Positions 1-9,526 of a stretch of 25,056 bases of DNA are shown here, piece by piece. The stretch is from Cyanobacteria bacterium P01_A01_bin.123 (GTDB taxonomy: Bacteria > Cyanobacteriota > Cyanobacteriia > Phormidesmidales > Phormidesmidaceae). Within the stretch, counting starts at the first letter, position 1. Every line of letters begins with the position of its first letter. Where the stretch lies: assembly GCA_039815185.1 (NCBI GenBank), contig JBCBZT010000081.1, positions 1 to 25,056 on the forward strand, read 5' to 3'. A program made the translations under genes and the position numbers. The notes beneath the pieces were generated by a model, which made no database searches, was not told the origin of the DNA, and was given only the letters and a program-made list of their open reading frames with translations.

Positions 1-522
1 CATCTCGTCACGCAAACCGCGATTCAACTGGGCAACCAAGGGCTTGATATCAAGAAATTCTTGACCCAAGAGATCGTTAACAACATGCGAGAACGGGCTA
101 AACCGGATGCCGTCTCCCGCCTTGAGCGTACCCTAGCCCTGGGAGAAGTGGCTAAGCAAGAATCCATTGAGCTAGAGGCAGCAGCGATTAAAACCCGCAT
201 GGATGAAATGCTTGAGGAAGTCAGTAGCCCTGAGGATATTGACATGGAGAGGCTTGAGGAGGTGGTTCGCGAGGATTTGCTCAAAGATAAGATATTGGAT
301 TGGTTAGCGACCCAAAATACTGTGGAATTTGTACCAGAAGGTACTCTGACCCCAGAGGAAGCCGAAGAAGAGGACACATCAACGGCAGACAAAAAAGAGT
401 CGGTTGATGCAACTCAAGCGACAGTAGAAGCAATAGCAGAAGCCGTTGAACCCGACACCCCTGAGCCTGAGGTAACCGAGCCTGATGCTGAGGAAGGTGA
501 ATCTGATGTCGATGAAGATTGA
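1..522 (+). CDS. tig: Trigger factor, C-terminal part (5' truncated by window)
   Basis: Frame is open from position 1. Helical chaperone-domain-like sequence (LALGEVAKQESIE...LLKDKILDWL) with an acidic tail, directly upstream of clpP-clpX (conserved tig-clpP-clpX order). Confidence 0.9.
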   Translation, partial: HLVTQTAIQLGNQGLDIKKFLTQEIVNNMRERAKPDAVSRLERTLALGEVAKQESIELEAAAIKTRMDEMLEEVSSPEDIDMERLEEVVREDLLKDKILDWLATQNTVEFVPEGTLTPEEAEEEDTSTADKKESVDATQATVEAIAEAVEPDTPEPEVTEPDAEEGESDVDED

Positions 523-768
523 TTAAGCCCCAATCCCCTGTTCTTCAAGGCTTACCCAACCTAGCCAGCCTAGATCCGAATGATGAGCAACCTTTGAATT
601 CAGCCAGGCAGAAGATCTCGCATGCTTAAGTCTGGCTGTACCTTTCCCTGCGCTTCGCGAATGTTGAGGCATAATGGACTAGAGGCTGGGCCTGTGACAG
701 ATTTATCGATACCTGTTAGGCTTAAGCCGATTTGTATAAAATCACGGATTCACTGATTTAACGCTGGT

Positions 769-1458
769 ATGTTTCATCCCAAGGCAACGCTCTACTCCAT
801 TGATAGCCTTAGCTCAATTGCTTTATCAGCCGCCCAGGTTCAAAGTGTGGTGCCCATGGTGGTTGAGCAGTCTGGGCGGGGCGAACGCGCCTTTGACATC
901 TACTCGCGGCTATTGAGGGAACGCATCATCTTTTTGGGAACGCCTGTCGACGATATGGTGGCTGACTCAATTGTGGCTCAGCTGTTGTTCTTAGACGCTG
1001 AAGAACCTGAGAAAGACATTCAGATCTACATCAACTCCCCTGGTGGTTCTGTTACAGCAGGCATGGCGATCTATGACACGATGCAGCAAATTCGCCCTGA
1101 TGTTGTGACGATTTGCTATGGTTTGGCTGCCAGCATGGGCGCTTTTTTACTGTCTGGCGGGGCTAAGGGTAAACGACTTTCCCTACCGAGCTCACGCATC
1201 ATGATCCACCAACCTCTGGGAGGAGCTCAGGGACAGGCGGTGGATATTGAGATTCAAGCAAAGGAAATTCTCTATCACAAGCAAAAGCTGAATGAATTGT
1301 TGGCTCATCACACTGAGCAGCCTATAGAGAAGATTGAAGCTGATACAGAGCGAGATTTCTTCATGTCAGCTGAAGAAGCCCAACAGTATGGCTTGATTGA
1401 TCAGGTGGTTGAACGGCCTACCCTGGCGACAATTTCCAACGGAGCAGCGTTGAAGTAG
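769..1458 (+). CDS. clpP: ATP-dependent Clp protease proteolytic subunit
   Basis: [39 protein letters not shown], catalytic Ser in AASMG and His in MIHQP. Confidence 0.98.
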   Translation: MFHPKATLYSIDSLSSIALSAAQVQSVVPMVVEQSGRGERAFDIYSRLLRERIIFLGTPVDDMVADSIVAQLLFLDAEEPEKDIQIYINSPGGSVTAGMAIYDTMQQIRPDVVTICYGLAASMGAFLLSGGAKGKRLSLPSSRIMIHQPLGGAQGQAVDIEIQAKEILYHKQKLNELLAHHTEQPIEKIEADTERDFFMSAEEAQQYGLIDQVVERPTLATISNGAALK

Positions 1459-1466
1459 GAACCCTT

Positions 1467-2804
1467 ATGTCTAAGTATGACTCCCATCTTAAATGTTCCT
1501 TTTGCGGCAAGTCTCAAGAGCAGGTGCGTAAGTTAATTGCAGGCCCGGGAGTCTACATCTGCGATGAATGCGTAGATCTATGCAATGAGATCTTGGATGA
1601 AGAGTTATTTGATTCCAGCGCTGCGGTATCCCAACCCGTTCAGCGGCGGGAGCAGCCCCCAGAACGACGACGAACCGCAACGAGTATTTCGCTGACCCAA
1701 ATTCCTAAGCCCCGTGAAATCAAGCATTATCTTGACGATCACGTGATTGGGCAAGATGAAGCTAAGAAAGTTTTGTCGGTTGCGGTGTACAACCATTACA
1801 AACGGCTTAGCTACGCCCAATCCAAAGATTCTGAAGGGTCTGAAGAGGTTGTTGAGTTGCAAAAGTCAAATATTTTGCTGATTGGGCCAACAGGGTGCGG
1901 CAAGACTTTGTTGGCTCAAACTTTGGCCAAAATTTTGGATGTCCCCTTCGCGGTTGCAGACGCTACAACCTTAACTGAGGCGGGTTATGTTGGGGAAGAT
2001 GTTGAAAATATTTTACTCCGGTTGCTCCAGGTGGCTGATTTAGATGTAGAGGAGGCCCAACGGGGGATTATCTACATCGATGAAATCGACAAAATTGCTC
2101 GCAAAAGCGAGAACCCTTCAATTACGCGAGATGTTTCTGGAGAAGGGGTGCAGCAGGCGTTACTGAAGATGCTTGAGGGTACAGTTGCTAATGTACCTCC
2201 GCAGGGGGGGCGAAAGCACCCTTATCAAGACTGCATTCAGATTGATACCAGCAATATCCTGTTTATCTGCGGCGGAGCCTTTGTTGGACTGGAAAAAATT
2301 GTTGAGCAACGCACCGGTAAGAAATCGATGGGGTTTGTACGACCCGGTGAGGGCCAGCAACCCCGCGAAAAACGGGCAGCAGATGTGCTGCAACATCTGG
2401 AACCTGAGGACTTGGTCAAGTTTGGCTTGATTCCTGAGTTTATTGGCCGGATTCCAGCAATTTCTGTGGTAGATCCGCTGGATGAAGATACCTTAGTGGA
2501 AATTTTGACCGAGCCCAAAAATGCCTTAGTCAAGCAATTCCAAAAACTCATGCGTATGGATAACGTGCAGCTTGAGTTTAAGCAAGACGCCATTCGTGCG
2601 ATCGCACGAGAAGCTTATCGACGAAAGACAGGAGCACGTGCCCTACGAGGCATCATCGAAGAATTGATGCTGGATGTAATGTATGAGTTGCCTTCGCGTA
2701 AGGACGTCAATCGTTGCATGATTACTCGCGAGATGGTGGAGCAACGTTCAACTGCTGAGTTGCTGGTTCATCCCTCGTCTTTGCCGAAGCCGGAATCTGC
2801 CTAA
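1467..2804 (+). CDS. clpX: ATP-dependent Clp protease ATP-binding subunit ClpX
   Basis: N-terminal C4 zinc finger (CSFC...ICDECVDLC), Walker A GPTGCGKT, Walker [23 protein letters not shown]. Confidence 0.99.
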   Translation: MSKYDSHLKCSFCGKSQEQVRKLIAGPGVYICDECVDLCNEILDEELFDSSAAVSQPVQRREQPPERRRTATSISLTQIPKPREIKHYLDDHVIGQDEAKKVLSVAVYNHYKRLSYAQSKDSEGSEEVVELQKSNILLIGPTGCGKTLLAQTLAKILDVPFAVADATTLTEAGYVGEDVENILLRLLQVADLDVEEAQRGIIYIDEIDKIARKSENPSITRDVSGEGVQQALLKMLEGTVANVPPQGGRKHPYQDCIQIDTSNILFICGGAFVGLEKIVEQRTGKKSMGFVRPGEGQQPREKRAADVLQHLEPEDLVKFGLIPEFIGRIPAISVVDPLDEDTLVEILTEPKNALVKQFQKLMRMDNVQLEFKQDAIRAIAREAYRRKTGARALRGIIEELMLDVMYELPSRKDVNRCMITREMVEQRSTAELLVHPSSLPKPESA

Positions 2805-2849
2805 AGGCCTGTTAAAACCTCGTTTCGTGGCGTTGTCTCACTTCGCCGA

Positions 2850-2869
2850 TCGGGTATAGCTATGCCCGA
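2850..2869. repeat. Near-perfect 20-bp palindrome downstream of clpX
   Basis: TCGGGTATAG|CTATGCCCGA: the arms are reverse complements with one G-U-compatible mismatch. Confidence 0.5.
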
Positions 2870-3021
2870 AGGGGTACACGCTACCTTACGGTTTGTTTAG
2901 ATGGTGAAACTGGTGCTTTGTAAGCCTAACCATTACTGTTTAATATGACTCTTGACTGGGACTTGGCAATGCCTAGACTCAATCCCTTTTCAGGGTGATC
3001 GAAAGAGAGGAAGAATAACCA

Positions 3022-3879
3022 GTGCCTTACATTGTGGTAAGTGGGGTTGAACATTTTTATCAATGGGTGCCCTTGCGATCGCCCGATTCAGCTAAACCAG
3101 TGATGGTATTTGTGCATGGCTGGGGTGGTTCGTCTCGCTATTGGCAAAGTACAGCTGAGGCGCTGTCCGAACAGTTTGATTGTTTGCTGTACGATATGCG
3201 TGGTTTTGGCCGATCGCAGGCTAAGGCTGTAGAACAGGCAGCAGAGACTGACTATAAACTCATCACCTTTGCTGATGAGTTGGCAGGGCTGTTGGATGCC
3301 TTAGGTTTGGCTGATAAAGTCTATCTCAATGCCCATTCTATGGGGGCTTCGGTAGCTGCTTTCTTTTTGACCCGCTATGGTGATCGCGTTGAGAGAGCGA
3401 TTCTCACCTGCAACGGTGTGTTTGAATACGACAAAGCGGCGTTTGAAGCTTTCTATCGCTTTGGTGGCTACGTGGTGGCGTTTCGACCTAAGTGGTTGGC
3501 CAAGATTCCGTTGGCTCCCCGCTTTTTTATGGCTCGATTTTTGCACCAGTCGGTACCCAGTCAAGACAAGCTGGCGTTTTTAGAAGATTTTTTAGTCGCT
3601 GATTACAAAACTGCCCTAGGCACCATTTTTACCTCCGTGAGCAAAGAAGCCACTGAAGTAATGCCTCAAGAATTTCAGAACATTCCCGTCCCTACCTTGC
3701 TGGTTTCAGGTCAATATGACAAAATCACCCCGGCTGAATTGGGGAAAGAAGCGGCAGCCCTCAATTCCAAAATCGAGTATGTGCTCATCCCCAAAACGGG
3801 ACACTTCCCTATGCTGGAAGATCCTAATACCTACTTAGCTGCGGTCAATCAGTTTTTAACACCTGGAGAAGCGGCTTAG
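3022..3879 (+). CDS. Alpha/beta fold hydrolase
   Basis: HGWGG oxyanion motif, YDMRGFGRS, nucleophile elbow AHSMG, GQYD acid, GHFP catalytic His. GTG start with GAGGA upstream. Confidence 0.92.
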   Translation: MPYIVVSGVEHFYQWVPLRSPDSAKPVMVFVHGWGGSSRYWQSTAEALSEQFDCLLYDMRGFGRSQAKAVEQAAETDYKLITFADELAGLLDALGLADKVYLNAHSMGASVAAFFLTRYGDRVERAILTCNGVFEYDKAAFEAFYRFGGYVVAFRPKWLAKIPLAPRFFMARFLHQSVPSQDKLAFLEDFLVADYKTALGTIFTSVSKEATEVMPQEFQNIPVPTLLVSGQYDKITPAELGKEAAALNSKIEYVLIPKTGHFPMLEDPNTYLAAVNQFLTPGEAA

Positions 3880-3996
3880 CGGGAGGTGAAGATCTTGCTA
3901 GCTCTAGGTTATGCGCCCTATCATGCGGATGAGTTTGTACCACGTCTCAAATCTTTGAAGTGCGCCCTGGATAACCACTGTGCGCTCCTACGACCG

Positions 3997-4788
3997 ATGT
4001 CTCTTTCCTATTTTTCCGGCTTTGATCCCAGCCCCCAGGCGAGCCTACTCAACGATGCCGATCCTGAGTATTTACAAGCTGCAACCCCTAGTCAAATGGG
4101 AGTCATTTGCCTACACGGGTTTACTGGCGTGCCCTTTGAGGTCATGCCAGTGGCAAAGGGATGTCAAGCGGCAGGCATCGATGCAGTAGTCCCACTGTTA
4201 CCGGGGCATGGCTATCGCGATCGCGACCAGCAGCGTCAGCAATTTGCTGCAATTACGCCAGAAATTATGTTTCAGGCGGCTCGTCAAGAAATTGAGCGCG
4301 CCCGCGAGCGCTATGAAAAGGTTGCCATGTTTGGCTTTTCTATGGGAGGCGCGATCGCGTTGAAAATGGCTGCCGAAGGGCGGTTAGCAGCATGCGCGGT
4401 CGGGGCTCCGGCCCTGAGGCTGATTTGGCAGGCTGAACTGCTGATTCCTCTGCTAGGCTGGGCCAGCTTCACCCTAGAGGCTCCGCGCAGCGAAGATTTT
4501 TATATTCCAGGATACGAGTTTCACCACTCCCGTGCCCTCCGAACCCTGTGGCAAATTGGTCGCCGTGCCCGGGCTGAGTTGAGTCATATTCACTGTCCCC
4601 TGCTAGCGGTGCATTCCCACAGTGATGCAACTATCCCTGCGATCGCAACCGAACACCTTCAACGTCAGATCCCTGTTGACATAGAAGTTGCCTGGTTTGA
4701 CCGTTCCAACCACTGCCTGGCACTCGATGTCGAAGCGGAAGCCGTCGTTCAACAGGTCACGCATTTCTTTCAGCGACAACTCGGATAA
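3997..4788 (+). CDS. Alpha/beta hydrolase, carboxylesterase/monoacylglycerol lipase-like
   Basis: LHGFTG, LLPGHG, GFSMGG nucleophile, SDATI acid, SNH His. ATG 3997 chosen over the upstream GTG 3886; start uncertain. Confidence 0.85.
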   Translation: MSLSYFSGFDPSPQASLLNDADPEYLQAATPSQMGVICLHGFTGVPFEVMPVAKGCQAAGIDAVVPLLPGHGYRDRDQQRQQFAAITPEIMFQAARQEIERARERYEKVAMFGFSMGGAIALKMAAEGRLAACAVGAPALRLIWQAELLIPLLGWASFTLEAPRSEDFYIPGYEFHHSRALRTLWQIGRRARAELSHIHCPLLAVHSHSDATIPAIATEHLQRQIPVDIEVAWFDRSNHCLALDVEAEAVVQQVTHFFQRQLG

Positions 4789-4860
4789 CCCTATAGCGAT
4801 CGAGATAGGTTGAATTTTTGTAAGCATTTCATCACAAATTCACCATTTTAGTCAGACAAA

Positions 4861-4874
4861 GTAGCCATATATAC
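4861..4874. promoter_or_regulatory. NtcA-binding site (GTA-N8-TAC)
   Basis: aaaGTAgccatataTACa, about 50 nt upstream of ATG 4924. A TAN3T hexamer (TATCTT, 4881-4886) follows after only 6 nt. Confidence 0.65.
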
Positions 4875-4923
4875 AGAATATATCTTAGGTTAGGGAAGAG
4901 ATAAATCTGACTCCCCAATTCCT

Positions 4924-5301
4924 ATGGCAAGCTTTTCTCAACCCGTAACTCAAAAATCTGTCTTTGCCCAGCATCAGGCTTCCCTGGCGGCTTTATTGGA
5001 GCGGCGCATGGCCGTGGCCAAGGCCCGTGATGATCAGCCTCTGCTCGCCCTGCTTGAGCAAGAGCAAGCGCAGTTAGATGCTGAATGGTCTCCTGCCGAA
5101 GTGTCCAACCCGCTTCAACAGGTTTGGGCATGGTTAGCTCAGACCCTTGACCGCAGTACCCAACTCAACATTGAGCAAATCGTGGATGAAGGCGGTCAGA
5201 TTTGGTGGCGCGGGTTTGATCCCCGCACAGGTAAGGGGATCTTTGCCGAGTCTAAAGCCGAGGTGGTGCATTGGATTGAGCGACATCACCTGGGACGTTA
5301 A
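4924..5301 (+). CDS. PirA-like N-terminal helical hairpin fused to a small W-rich cyanobacterial domain
   Basis: The N-half HQASLAALLERRMAVAKARDDQPLLALLEQE resembles the PirA (Ssr0692) pattern as I recall it (H..NL..SL..R..VA.A.G...L...LE.E). The C-half WWRGFDPRTG...ESKAEVVHWIE resembles a common small cyanobacterial hypothetical domain. Confidence 0.65.
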   Translation: MASFSQPVTQKSVFAQHQASLAALLERRMAVAKARDDQPLLALLEQEQAQLDAEWSPAEVSNPLQQVWAWLAQTLDRSTQLNIEQIVDEGGQIWWRGFDPRTGKGIFAESKAEVVHWIERHHLGR

Positions 5302-5377
5302 TGCGATCCTCAGGATGAGCACAAAGGTTAGAATTTTCTTCGGCATAATGGCTCACAGATGTCACTAAGCACAAACT

Positions 5378-6067
5378 GTGAAAAAACTTCTAATTTTGAG
5401 TTCGTTTATCGTGGTTGGCGCGATTGCAGGTGGCAGCGCCTATTACCTGACCCGAGCCTCTGCCTTACCCACTTGGTATAACGAGACCAGCACTGCCATA
5501 ACGGTTGAGGCTATTTCTCCAGCTGATTTACTGGCTGCCAAGCTGGCTTCTGGAGATGGGGTCCGCTACCTAGACAACTCACGGGTTGAAATTACCCTTA
5601 GCGAAGCTGAGCTAAACCAAATGATTATGGGGGCGATCGCCGACCACACCCAAGCTGCTACCTGGCTACGGTCGGCCCAGGGTATGGATACCACCATCTC
5701 AAACGATCGGATCGAAAGCGGCATTGTGATTAACTTGGCAACAGTATCCACCGACGAGCTACCTGCTGGCGGACAACAGATCGTTGATCAAATTACCCAA
5801 CGTTTCCCGGCTTTAGCCAACCGTGATGTTTACCTTGGTGTCGAAGGTAGCCCCAGCGTCGCCGACGGGCGACTCATCCTCGATGACAATATCCGCATCA
5901 AAATCGGTAACGTTAGTTTCACCGTCGATCAAATTGCCAATCGCCTGGGCCTTTCACCCAGTCAGCTTGAAGATCAGCTCAATCTCAGCCTATCCCAAGG
6001 TGGTGTTACCCTCGATGGCATTGAGTTTGTAAACGGGGAAGCCGTGTTGAGGGGGACTATACCCTAG
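5378..6067 (+). CDS. Hypothetical protein with N-terminal signal/anchor helix
   Basis: 229-aa ORF; KK followed by a hydrophobic stretch LLILSSFIVVGAIAGG, then a soluble domain. Confidence 0.75.
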   Translation: MKKLLILSSFIVVGAIAGGSAYYLTRASALPTWYNETSTAITVEAISPADLLAAKLASGDGVRYLDNSRVEITLSEAELNQMIMGAIADHTQAATWLRSAQGMDTTISNDRIESGIVINLATVSTDELPAGGQQIVDQITQRFPALANRDVYLGVEGSPSVADGRLILDDNIRIKIGNVSFTVDQIANRLGLSPSQLEDQLNLSLSQGGVTLDGIEFVNGEAVLRGTIP

Positions 6068-6077
6068 AAAGGAATGG

Positions 6078-6779
6078 CTACCCAGCTGCATCCTTGAATA
6101 GAGCGTAGGCATCCATGGCCTCTTGCAAAAAGGCACGCCACTCCTGGGGCGGACAGAGGCGATGAAAGTAGTAGTAAACCATAAAGTTGCCTGACCCTTC
6201 AGTATTGACGCCAGGGCGGTTTTGATAGAAGGGAATCACACGGTCATTGAACAGCCGACGAATTTCGGTTTCTTCTTCTCCGCGGAGTAAGTAGCGTCTA
6301 GAAAACTCAGGATAATCATTAAAGTCAATGTCCGCGTAGCCAAAGAGCCCGCCTAGACGGTGAAAAATTGTTTCTGGCATCAGTACAAATCGAGGCAGAA
6401 TGATGTCTGGGTCATTTAGGAGCACTACGGTTTGTCTGTGGGCATTCGCTCGCTTGCCGCTGCCTACCCGATAGGCGTAGTCAAATATGGATACCTGGAC
6501 ATTTCTTTGTTGCCCTTGAATCAAGTTTTGCACCCGCCGCGATCGCCCTTTGGAAAATAAATCTAAGTGCCATGCTAAAGCTGGAATTTTCAGGTTATTG
6601 TTGCCGAGCAAGTGCCATGCCCAAGGCGGAATTTTTAGGTTGTCGTTGCCAATCACGCTAAAGCCGAGTTGATCTGCGATCGCTTTGATCGCTTTGGTGC
6701 GTTGACGGCTACGATAGGCTCCTATTAAGGCGAACACCCCGAAAATAGCCAACACAATTGTGATCATCCAGCCATTCAT
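6078..6779 (-). CDS. Hypothetical membrane-anchored protein
   Basis: 233-aa ORF with an N-terminal TM helix (ITIVLAIFGVFALIGAY) followed by basic residues; contains a 15-aa internal duplication. Confidence 0.75.
   Translation of the reverse strand: MNGWMITIVLAIFGVFALIGAYRSRQRTKAIKAIADQLGFSVIGNDNLKIPPWAWHLLGNNNLKIPALAWHLDLFSKGRSRRVQNLIQGQQRNVQVSIFDYAYRVGSGKRANAHRQTVVLLNDPDIILPRFVLMPETIFHRLGGLFGYADIDFNDYPEFSRRYLLRGEEETEIRRLFNDRVIPFYQNRPGVNTEGSGNFMVYYYFHRLCPPQEWRAFLQEAMDAYALFKDAAG
6565..6650. repeat. 45-bp-period tandem duplication (2 copies) inside CDS
   Basis: 6565-6605 aagtgccatgctaaagctggaattttcaggttattgttgcc versus 6610-6650 aagtgccatgcccaaggcggaatttttaggttgtcgttgcc; 34/41 identical. Confidence 0.9.
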
Positions 6780-6953
6780 AAGCGCTACCCAAAACGAGAA
6801 ATCGGGACTCTTATCAAAAAAGATTCAATCAACCGTGAACATCTTGTAGAAGAACTCCAAATATCTGTAAATCAGCGCCTCTGGTTGGCAGGGTGGGTCA
6901 ACAGGCTACAATTTGAGAACTGTTTCAATCATCACAACACCGATTTAATCGCT

Positions 6954-7424
6954 ATGACGCTAGACGTGGGAGACGCTGCCCCAGACTTCAGCCTACCTGA
7001 CACTGAGGGTAATCAAGTTAGCCTCGCTGACTTCAAAGGCAAGCGCGTCGTGCTGTATTTCTACCCCAGAGACAACACTCCAGGCTGTACCAAAGAAGCT
7101 TGTGGTTTCCGGGATGCCTATGGTGATTATCAACAACAAGATGTAGTGGTGCTGGGGGTCAGCACGGATGATGCCAAGTCCCACACCAAATTTGCGACTA
7201 AGTATGACTTGCCCTTTCCTTTATTAATCGACGAAGGGGGAGAAATGGCTAGTCTTTATGGTAGCTATGGCCTGAAAAAGTTTATGGGCAAGGAATATAT
7301 GGGTATTAGTCGCAGCACGTTTATCATTGGCCCGGACGGGACGCTCGAAAAGATTTATCGCAAGGTTAAACCAGAGCCCCATGCGGCAGAAGTGCTAGCA
7401 GACTTAGCGTCTCTGGCATCATAG
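6954..7424 (+). CDS. bcp: Peroxiredoxin Q / BCP thiol peroxidase
   Basis: GDAAPDFSL, YFYPRDNTPGCTKEAC (peroxidatic PxxxTxxC plus resolving Cys), SRSTFIIG. ATG 6954 preferred to TTG 6885. Confidence 0.95.
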   Translation: MTLDVGDAAPDFSLPDTEGNQVSLADFKGKRVVLYFYPRDNTPGCTKEACGFRDAYGDYQQQDVVVLGVSTDDAKSHTKFATKYDLPFPLLIDEGGEMASLYGSYGLKKFMGKEYMGISRSTFIIGPDGTLEKIYRKVKPEPHAAEVLADLASLAS

Positions 7425-7434
7425 AGGATTTTCC

Positions 7435-7890
7435 ATGGAGGGAATTTGGCGTCCGATTCGGGTGTTGTTGGGCCTAATTTTGAGGCGGCCTATATTGGGC
7501 ACCAGTGTTATCCCAGTACTGCCAGACGGCACAATTGTGCTGATTCGTCGCCGGGACAATGGTAAATGGGGTCTGCCAGGGGGCATTGTTGATTGGGGCG
7601 AGGATATTTTTACCGCCGCCCGACGCGAACTCTTCGAAGAAACGGGTCTAGAACTGATGCGACTCGGTCGCTTGGTCGGGATTTATTCGGCTCCGAATCG
7701 AGATCCCAGGTTTCATTCCGTTTGTGTAGCCCTAGAAGTTAGAGTCCAGGGTACGCCGATCATCACGGATCCTCACGAAGTATTGGAAGTGAAAGCCTTC
7801 ACAGCTGCTACTCTGCCCAAGGGCCAACTCGCCCACGATCATGATCAACAACTTGAAGATTATTTTGCCGGTACGACCGTGCTGGCCTAG
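7435..7890 (+). CDS. NUDIX hydrolase
   Basis: Nudix box GGIVDWGEDIFTAARRELFEETGL; RDPRFH motif. Confidence 0.93.
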   Translation: MEGIWRPIRVLLGLILRRPILGTSVIPVLPDGTIVLIRRRDNGKWGLPGGIVDWGEDIFTAARRELFEETGLELMRLGRLVGIYSAPNRDPRFHSVCVALEVRVQGTPIITDPHEVLEVKAFTAATLPKGQLAHDHDQQLEDYFAGTTVLA

Positions 7891-7962
7891 GTAATGTAAT
7901 AAGCGCGCAATTCAACTTTTTCTTTAAATAGATTTCTTTGCTCAGCAACCGTTGCATTCAGG

Positions 7963-8787
7963 ATGACCCTACCCGTTCGCAATTCCCGCATCCGACTTTC
8001 CCAAGGCACACTGTTTTGGCGCGAAGTTGGCCATGGCAATCCGACTTTAGTCTTGCTGCACGGAACCTGGTCTGACAGCAGCCAGTGGTTACCCCTAATG
8101 ACCCAATTAGGTCAAGATTTTCACTGCTTAGCGCCAGATCTGCTCGGGTTTGGGGAATCAAGCCAATCTCTGACGCTACCTTATTCCATCACTTTAGAGG
8201 TGGAGTGTCTGGCGGAATATTTGGAGGCGCTGCGATCGCAATCAGTTTATTTTATCGCGGACGCCCTGGGGGCTTGGGTTGCGACCAGCTATGCCTTACG
8301 CTATCCCGAACGAGTGCAGGGATTAGTGTTAATTGCCCCTGAGGGGGTTAGCCCGCCAACATTGGTAGGCCGATGGAGCCTGCATCGCTTACTGGCCGGA
8401 CGCTTTTCAATCGTGGCTTGGACAATTAGAGTGATCGCACCGGTTGCCCGAGGATTGGGCCAGGCTAAATGGGTAGCGCGATCGCAGCATTTGCGCCGTC
8501 AACTTCTGGCCTTCCCTGCTGCCTGCCGATTGCTCTTTAAGCGTCGTCAGGTAGAACTTCAAGGTGAACGGCTCGACGGGCAACTCCCCTATCTGAATAC
8601 GCCCCTGTGGTTATTACGCGGTGAACAAGATCAGGTTGAAGCCCAAACCCTCCGTGAGGTCTATGCCGCAGCCGCGCATCAGGGAATCGTGGTGGAAATT
8701 GCGGCAAATCTGAATCAGCTAGAGACGGCAACCGAGGCACTTGCCTTGGCGATCACGCCCTTGATAAAACAAACTATCAAGGCTTAG
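7963..8787 (+). CDS. Alpha/beta fold hydrolase-like protein, apparently lacking the nucleophile
   Basis: LVLLHG, APDLLGFGES and YPERVQGLVLIAP are present, but the elbow reads ADALG instead of GxSxG. Confidence 0.85.
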   Translation: MTLPVRNSRIRLSQGTLFWREVGHGNPTLVLLHGTWSDSSQWLPLMTQLGQDFHCLAPDLLGFGESSQSLTLPYSITLEVECLAEYLEALRSQSVYFIADALGAWVATSYALRYPERVQGLVLIAPEGVSPPTLVGRWSLHRLLAGRFSIVAWTIRVIAPVARGLGQAKWVARSQHLRRQLLAFPAACRLLFKRRQVELQGERLDGQLPYLNTPLWLLRGEQDQVEAQTLREVYAAAAHQGIVVEIAANLNQLETATEALALAITPLIKQTIKA

Positions 8788-9526
8788 CAACTTGAGGTTG
8801 GCGCGGGCGTACCTGAGTGGGTTCAATCGCAAACATCGCATCTTCTAAGGCGCGCGATCGCAACCTTTTTTGAAATACGTTGACCTGATGAACCTGGCGG
8901 TTATCCATATCGACTGCTGTTAACCAGCCACTTTTGGGGTGATAAGCCCCCGTATCAATGTCAATCCACCCACGACCTTGGGCGATTTGCCCCGGCAGTA
9001 CCCCTGGCAGCGTAAAGGTTATCGTATGCCCTGTAATGATCAGCTTGTCGTCAAAATAGGCCTCAGCACTAGCGTGGAAGACGTTGCGAATCCAGCAGAG
9101 TTCTTGCTGAGTCTGCTGATCCACGGGTAGGCGTGGATTGACCCCCGCGTGAACCAACCAAATATCATCTAAGTCGAGGTAAAGGGGCAAGGATCTAATC
9201 CAAGCCACATCTTCTAGCAGTTTTTCAACATCAGTGTAGCTGGATAAGGTGGCCTGTCCGCCGCTGTAAAGCCAGCCCTGCAACATCGGCAAATGCGCAC
9301 CATCTTTAGGAAAGGCTTCGAGCAAAAGCTGTTCATGATTGCCCAAGACACAACCATCAGCATGGGCGCGAACAAACTCAACCACTTGGGCACTCTTTGG
9401 GCCCCGATCAATTAAATCACCCACAAAATACAGCCGATCGTCGGAAGCCAAGGATATTTCATCCAGGAGCTGCATTAGCCCATCATAGTGACCATGTACA
9501 TCCCCAATAAACACACGACGGGCCAT
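8777..9526 (-). CDS. Calcineurin-like metallophosphoesterase (PPP/ApaH/PrpA-like)
   Basis: GDVHG, GDLIDRG, GNHE, VHAG, GHT and DTG motifs. ATG 9526 chosen as start. Confidence 0.93.
   Translation of the reverse strand: MARRVFIGDVHGHYDGLMQLLDEISLASDDRLYFVGDLIDRGPKSAQVVEFVRAHADGCVLGNHEQLLLEAFPKDGAHLPMLQGWLYSGGQATLSSYTDVEKLLEDVAWIRSLPLYLDLDDIWLVHAGVNPRLPVDQQTQQELCWIRNVFHASAEAYFDDKLIITGHTITFTLPGVLPGQIAQGRGWIDIDTGAYHPKSGWLTAVDMDNRQVHQVNVFQKRLRSRALEDAMFAIEPTQVRPRQPQVAKP

Noticed and set aside
601..638. Inverted repeat CAGCCAG...CTGGCTG between tig and clpP
   Set aside because: 7-bp arms with a 24-nt loop and no adjacent U-tract; not enough to call a terminator or operator.
2237..2593. Antisense and alternate-frame ORFs within clpX and other long genes (also 24..392, 19552..19938, 22067..22636)
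   Set aside because: Shadow ORFs of well-supported genes, with no recognisable motifs.
4819..4836. TGTAA-N8-TCACA resembling a CRP site or a second NtcA site
   Set aside because: Spacing fits neither TGTGA-N6-TCACA nor GTA-N8-TAC.
8777..8787. Short 3' overlaps of convergent genes (also 11426-11445)
   Set aside because: Common in compact bacterial genomes; no further evidence of antisense regulation.
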